A DNA stretch of 64,000 bases, taken from NCBI RefSeq assembly GCF_018977255.1, contig NW_024704824.1, positions 62,001 to 126,000 of the forward strand. Direction: 5' to 3'. The DNA comes from Callorhinchus milii (taxonomy: Eukaryota). The stretch's first letter is position 1; every line of letters begins with the position of its first letter. This document shows positions 59,136 to 64,000 of this stretch, piece after piece. Made by a program: the position numbers and the translations under genes. A model generated the notes under the pieces. It did not search any database. It worked only from the letters and a program-made list of their open reading frames with translations, and was not told the origin of the DNA.

Positions 59136-59601
59136 ACACGTGGAAGTTAACCCCGTGGCGGCGGATGACATCAACGAGAGGGAGCACATAGACGAGGAAG
59201 AGGTGGGGGTGGGGGCAAGGATGGATCCCTGGGGTAGCCCGCAGGTGCACTGGGTGGACCGGCGAAGAAAAAGCCATTGGCAGAGACGTGGTCTTTGGCG
59301 GTTCGTAGAGGGCAGCGCTCGAACCAGTCTCTACACTTTGCAGCAAAGCCCCTGCAAAGCCTCCTCTCAAGGAGGCGATGAGGCATCGTGCGCCAGCCGC
59401 GTGGGTTATCAATAATTATCACTGCACGATGCCCGCGCGCATCAAACATCCATTTAGTACAATACTTTGATGCATTTTATACAAACAGACGGTAAATTAC
59501 TTATTTATTATTGTTGTTATTAATTATTATAATTGTTGTCGGTAAATAATTATTATTATTCTCTGTCGTGTGTACGTGGCAGTGCCCTTCAGTATTACTG
59601 T

Positions 59602-59631
59602 NNNNNNNNNNNNNNNNNNNNNNNNNNNNNN
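59602..59631. other. Assembly gap (30 N)
   Basis: Run of N. Confidence 0.99.
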
Positions 59632-59700
59632 GAAGGTGCAAACAGTCGATGTCCGGGTACAGGTTGCGCCCCTGTGGATCCAGTCCTGTTTATTCCCGAT

Positions 59701-62700
59701 GTAAACTGCGCGCTCGCTTCACGGCAGTTTGCGGGGACATCACTGTGAGCAGGACGAGATGGGGGGGGGGGGGGTAGGTGGGTCTGTACGTTAGCTCCAA
59801 ACATGCAGATTATATCTATCTTTACCATTCCCACTTTTCTGGGAAGTATTCAGGCGGCAAGGTTTTCCGGGACATCTCTCCCGGAGTGGTGACGTAGTCC
59901 AGAGCGAGTGGGAGCGTTTGGAGCAAGCTAAACCCCACTCTGACAACGGACGCCCTGTACAGCGTAGGAGTTGGAGAGCAGAGGCCAAAGCCCCAGGTAA
60001 CCTGACAACAACAAGTTACATAATAATAAGATTGGGTGGGGGTGTTAGGGAGTTAGTTGGAGATGATAGTTGGAGTGCAGTTGGGGGATGAGTTTTGGGG
60101 TTGTTCGAGGGATAGTTAGGGGTGTAGTTGGGTGGGGTATTTGGGGGGTAGTTGAGTGGGAGTAGATGGCGGTTAGTTGGGTGGGCTATTTGGGGGGCAA
60201 TTTGGGTGGGTGATTGGGGTGTAGTTGGGGTGGGTAGTTGGGGTGGGTGGTTGGGGGGTAGTTGGGGTTGGTGGTTGGTGGTAGTTGGTGTGGGTGGTTG
60301 GGAGGGGTATTTGGGGTAGTAGTGAGGGGGTTTAGTTGGGGTGTAGTTGTGTAGGGGTAGTTGGGTGGGGTATTTGGGGGGCTATTTGGGTGGGTAGTTG
60401 GGGTGGGTGTTGGGGGTAGTTGGGGTGTGTGGTTGGGGATAGTTGGGAGGGGTAATTGGGGGGAATACTGGGGGAGGTTTAGTTGGGGGGTAGGTGTGTA
60501 GGGGTCGTTGGGTGGGGATGCACTGACTGTTGGGTGGTTGTGTGTTATTCGGCCCGGAATCTATACTGACCCTCACCAGGTGTGGGAGTTGCTCCGGGCG
60601 TGGATACCTGACACACACACAGAGAGTGAGTCAGTCACTCACTCTCTCTGTACGCATATAGTCTCTCTCTCTCTCGGTCTCTATCTTTCCCAGCTCTCTC
60701 TCTCTCTCTCTCTCTCTCTCGCAGTCTCTCTCACGCCTCTCTGACCTCAGACCGATACACATTGATCTCATTGCTGCACCACATCCAACTCCTTTCGGGT
60801 TAAAGGGAATCTGGAAACCCAACGGCTATCCGGGTCTCAGCTGTGAAGTTCCTGATTGACAGAAAGCCAGGATCAACAAGATTAACCGTTATACCTGACC
60901 TTTTCACCCATGTTTCCCAGCATTCACCGTGAGTGAAGTGACTGTCTGTTTAATTCAGCAGATGACTGCGCACAGTGAAGCTCCAGCAAACAGTCATGAA
61001 GCGAGTGAGTAGTTTTATCTGCCAGGATACTGGGAGATAGAGAGAGAGCAAGACACTCTCTTTTCCCTCCCGACAGCACCGCAGGAGATCTTTAATAGAT
61101 TTGACCTTTAAGGCCAGCATCGGCCACTCAACCCCAGCCCAATCCAACCAAGCATAGCCACTCAAACCCAACCCAACCCACTCAACCCCAACCCAACCCC
61201 AGTCCACCCAACCCAACCCCAACCCAACTTAGCAGAGGCCACCCAACCCCAGCCCAAACCCAACTCAGCATAAACCACCCAACCCCAGCCTAACCGAGGC
61301 CAACCTAGCCAACTTCCAACCCAACCTACCCCAAACACCAACCTAACCCATCCCAGCATAAGCCAACCAATGCAACCGAAACCTGTCTCAACAGACACAG
61401 AACCTAAACCAAAGCCATCAGAGTGAGAGGAGACTTTCACAACATGGGGCTGCGGTTGTCCTCAGGGCTGGGACACTTTGGAGCCAACTAAGCTCCACGG
61501 AGGCCCCGCCACTCCCCCTCCGCCACCCCGAGAGGATATATGTGTCCAGGCTTTATTTACCAAGGATGCTGGTGGGACCTGGCTTCCTGCCCTTCATGTC
61601 CTTCATGGCTTCAACATATTGAGCAGCAAACTCATGCAGCAGTGCATCTCCATCTTTCCCTGGATGAGAATCATAATTTATCATTAATCTCCGTGTCTCC
61701 CAGCACTTCACCCCCAAACTCCCCGCACACACCCCCCCTTCCCCCAATAACTCCCAACCACATCAGCCGCTAATCTTCTCCAAACAACACTCTTTTACAG
61801 TGATCAACAAAAAAACTAGAACTTGCGTTTTTATAGCACCCTCCACTGTGGCTCTCACTCTCTCTCAAACACTCCCTCACACTCGCTCTCACAAATGCTA
61901 TATCTCACAAACGCTCTCACACAGTCTCTGGCAGACATTCTAGTTCACACACACACTGAATCTCACACACACTCTCACACACACACACACTCTCTGACTC
62001 TCTCTCTCACACACACACACTCTGTGTCTCTGTCGCACACTCACTCTGACAAACTCACACACACTGTATCTCACCCACACTCACACACATGCTCTCTATC
62101 TCACTCTCACGCACACTATATCTCACACAACCTCTCACACACACACACTCCCACACAAACTCTCTCACTCACACACACTGTATCTCACACACACTGTCTC
62201 TCTCACCCTCTGTCTCAAACACACACACTCTGTCTCACTGACACACACACTATCACACACATTCACACAGACTGTCTCACTCTGACACACACACTCATAC
62301 ACACTGTATCTCACACAACACTCACCCTCTCTCTGTCTCACTCTCCCACACACACTCTCTCTCTCTCCACCCCCCCACCCCCCACCCCCACTGTGATCGT
62401 GTACCAGTGTTGAGAGCCTGAGCGCTGGCGAGGTGTAGTACAGTGTCGTCACTGACAGGCCAGTGTGGCAGACAGACGTGAATGTTGCCCAGGCACCCCA
62501 GCCCCTCCAGCTCGGAATGAATCTGCTCCCCGCTCTCGCAGAATTCCCACCGTGCGTTCCGATAGCCCAACGCATCTCCAACCGCGCTCAGCAGCATAGC
62601 TGCCTCGTAAACCTTCCTTGAAACACTGCGGGGAGAGACGACGACAACAACGACAACAACAACTACAGCAACAACCACCTTGAGTCTCGCTCCCTCCAGC

Positions 62701-64000
62701 CCTCACTCACTTCCTTCGCGCGCACACTCACACCCTCACCCACTGTCTCGCGTGCTCACACCCTCGATCTCTGACTCGCCCCCGCACTCACTCATTCACT
62801 CACTGCCTCCCTCCGTCCCTTGCTCACTCACTCGGTCGCTCACTCACTTGCTCACACACTCCCCTCACTTCTTCACTCACTCAGCCATTTTCTCACTTGC
62901 TCACTACCTCCCTCTTCACTCTCTTCCTCACTCACTCATTCACTCACTCAGTCCGTCACTCACTCACTCACTAATTCTTTCCTTCCATCTGTCTCCGCCA
63001 TCTCTCTTTCAGTCACTCATCCCGCACGCCACCACCCCCATAACTCGATGACCTGCTGACTCTCTCTCTCTCTCTCTCTCTGTCTCAACTCTCCATCTCG
63101 GTATTCAAAATTTTCCACAATTGAAGAAAAAATTTCAGGTCATAGAAACTGGAAAAATTTCAGTCTCTCTCAGTCACTCTCTCTCTCAGTCTCTCTCACT
63201 CTGAGTCTATCTCTTACATTCTCTCTCTCTCAGTCTGTCTCTCACTCAGTCTCTCGCTCTGTCTCACTCAGTCTCTCACTCAGTCAGTCCCTCTCTCTCA
63301 GTCTCTCTCTGTCTCTCTCTCTCAGATTCCGAAACTGAATAAATGTGTAACTCTGGAATGACCTGACCAGCTGTCTGCTCACATCTCCACTGTCAGCAAT
63401 AACCTTTGAGATTGATCTTTGGAGCCGGAGAAACAGGGAAATCCCACAGCCCAGGTCTGACACTCTCTGTCTAACAGGAGTCAGACACTGCCCTTTCAAC
63501 CCACCCTCTCTGTGTCTCTCTCTCAGTCTCTCTGTCGGTACTGGGACACCTGCTCTTCTGATTTATCTGAGTGATCGTGACACCTGGATATAAGGAGCAC
63601 AATTTCCAAATTTGCAGGCGATACTAAGCTAGGAAAAATAGTTAATGGTGAGGAGGATAGCACCACAATAACAACAACAACAAGATTCCATTTGTAGAGC
63701 GCCTTTCACGTCGGGAGGACGTCCCAAGGCGCTGTATAGTTGGATCAGGACCCGAGCAAGGGGGAAATGGTCAGGGTGAGGGGAGGAAAGGGAGGGAGCG
63801 AGGAGGGGGTAGAGAGTCGAGAGGAGAGCTGAAGGCACCGTCAAAGAGAAAGGTCTTGAGACCGGCCTTGAAGGAGGAAAGGGTGGAAGCGGCGAAGGCA
63901 CTGGGGATAGAGTTCCAGAGCCTCGGGGCTGAGAGGCTGAAGGCCCGGCCACCGATGGTAGGGCAGTTCGGGCGGGGGATGTGGAGCATACCGGAGCCAG
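59701..64000 (-). repeat. Inverted near-identical copy of 50715-55024 (runs off the window end)
   Basis: Mirrored ORFs with coordinate sums of about 114716-114719; contains ADPRH exons at 62405-62625, 61561-61659, 60746-60851 (same TAG at 60826-60828), about 60528-60607 and 59826-60001. Confidence 0.95.

Overview
Vertebrate genomic DNA, almost certainly from a cartilaginous fish (cluster-type IgH organisation, shark-like IgM secretory tail; species not determinable). The window holds (1) the 3' half of one IgM cluster (CH4/secretory tail, TM1, TM2; 4.8-9.2 kb) right of a 25-N gap; (2) a complete, in-frame IgM cluster L-VH-D1-D2-JH-CH1-CH2-CH3-CH4/sec-TM1-TM2 (26.6-39.0 kb), repeated about 30.8 kb after the first with patchy sequence identity; (3) an ADP-ribosylarginine hydrolase (ADPRH) gene with intact splice sites but two in-frame TAG stops (52.1-56.6 kb), plus a near-identical inverted partial copy across a 30-N gap (probably an assembly artefact); (4) many L2 and CR1 LINE fragments, tRNA-Ala-derived SINEs, minisatellites and a degraded Penelope-type hammerhead ribozyme relic. 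The main anomaly is the VH recombination signal: its spacer is 12 bp rather than 22/23 bp, so it cannot join either D 5' signal (both 12 bp) under the 12/23 rule and could only join JH directly or D1 by inversion. Repeat boundaries and percent identities are by-eye estimates.
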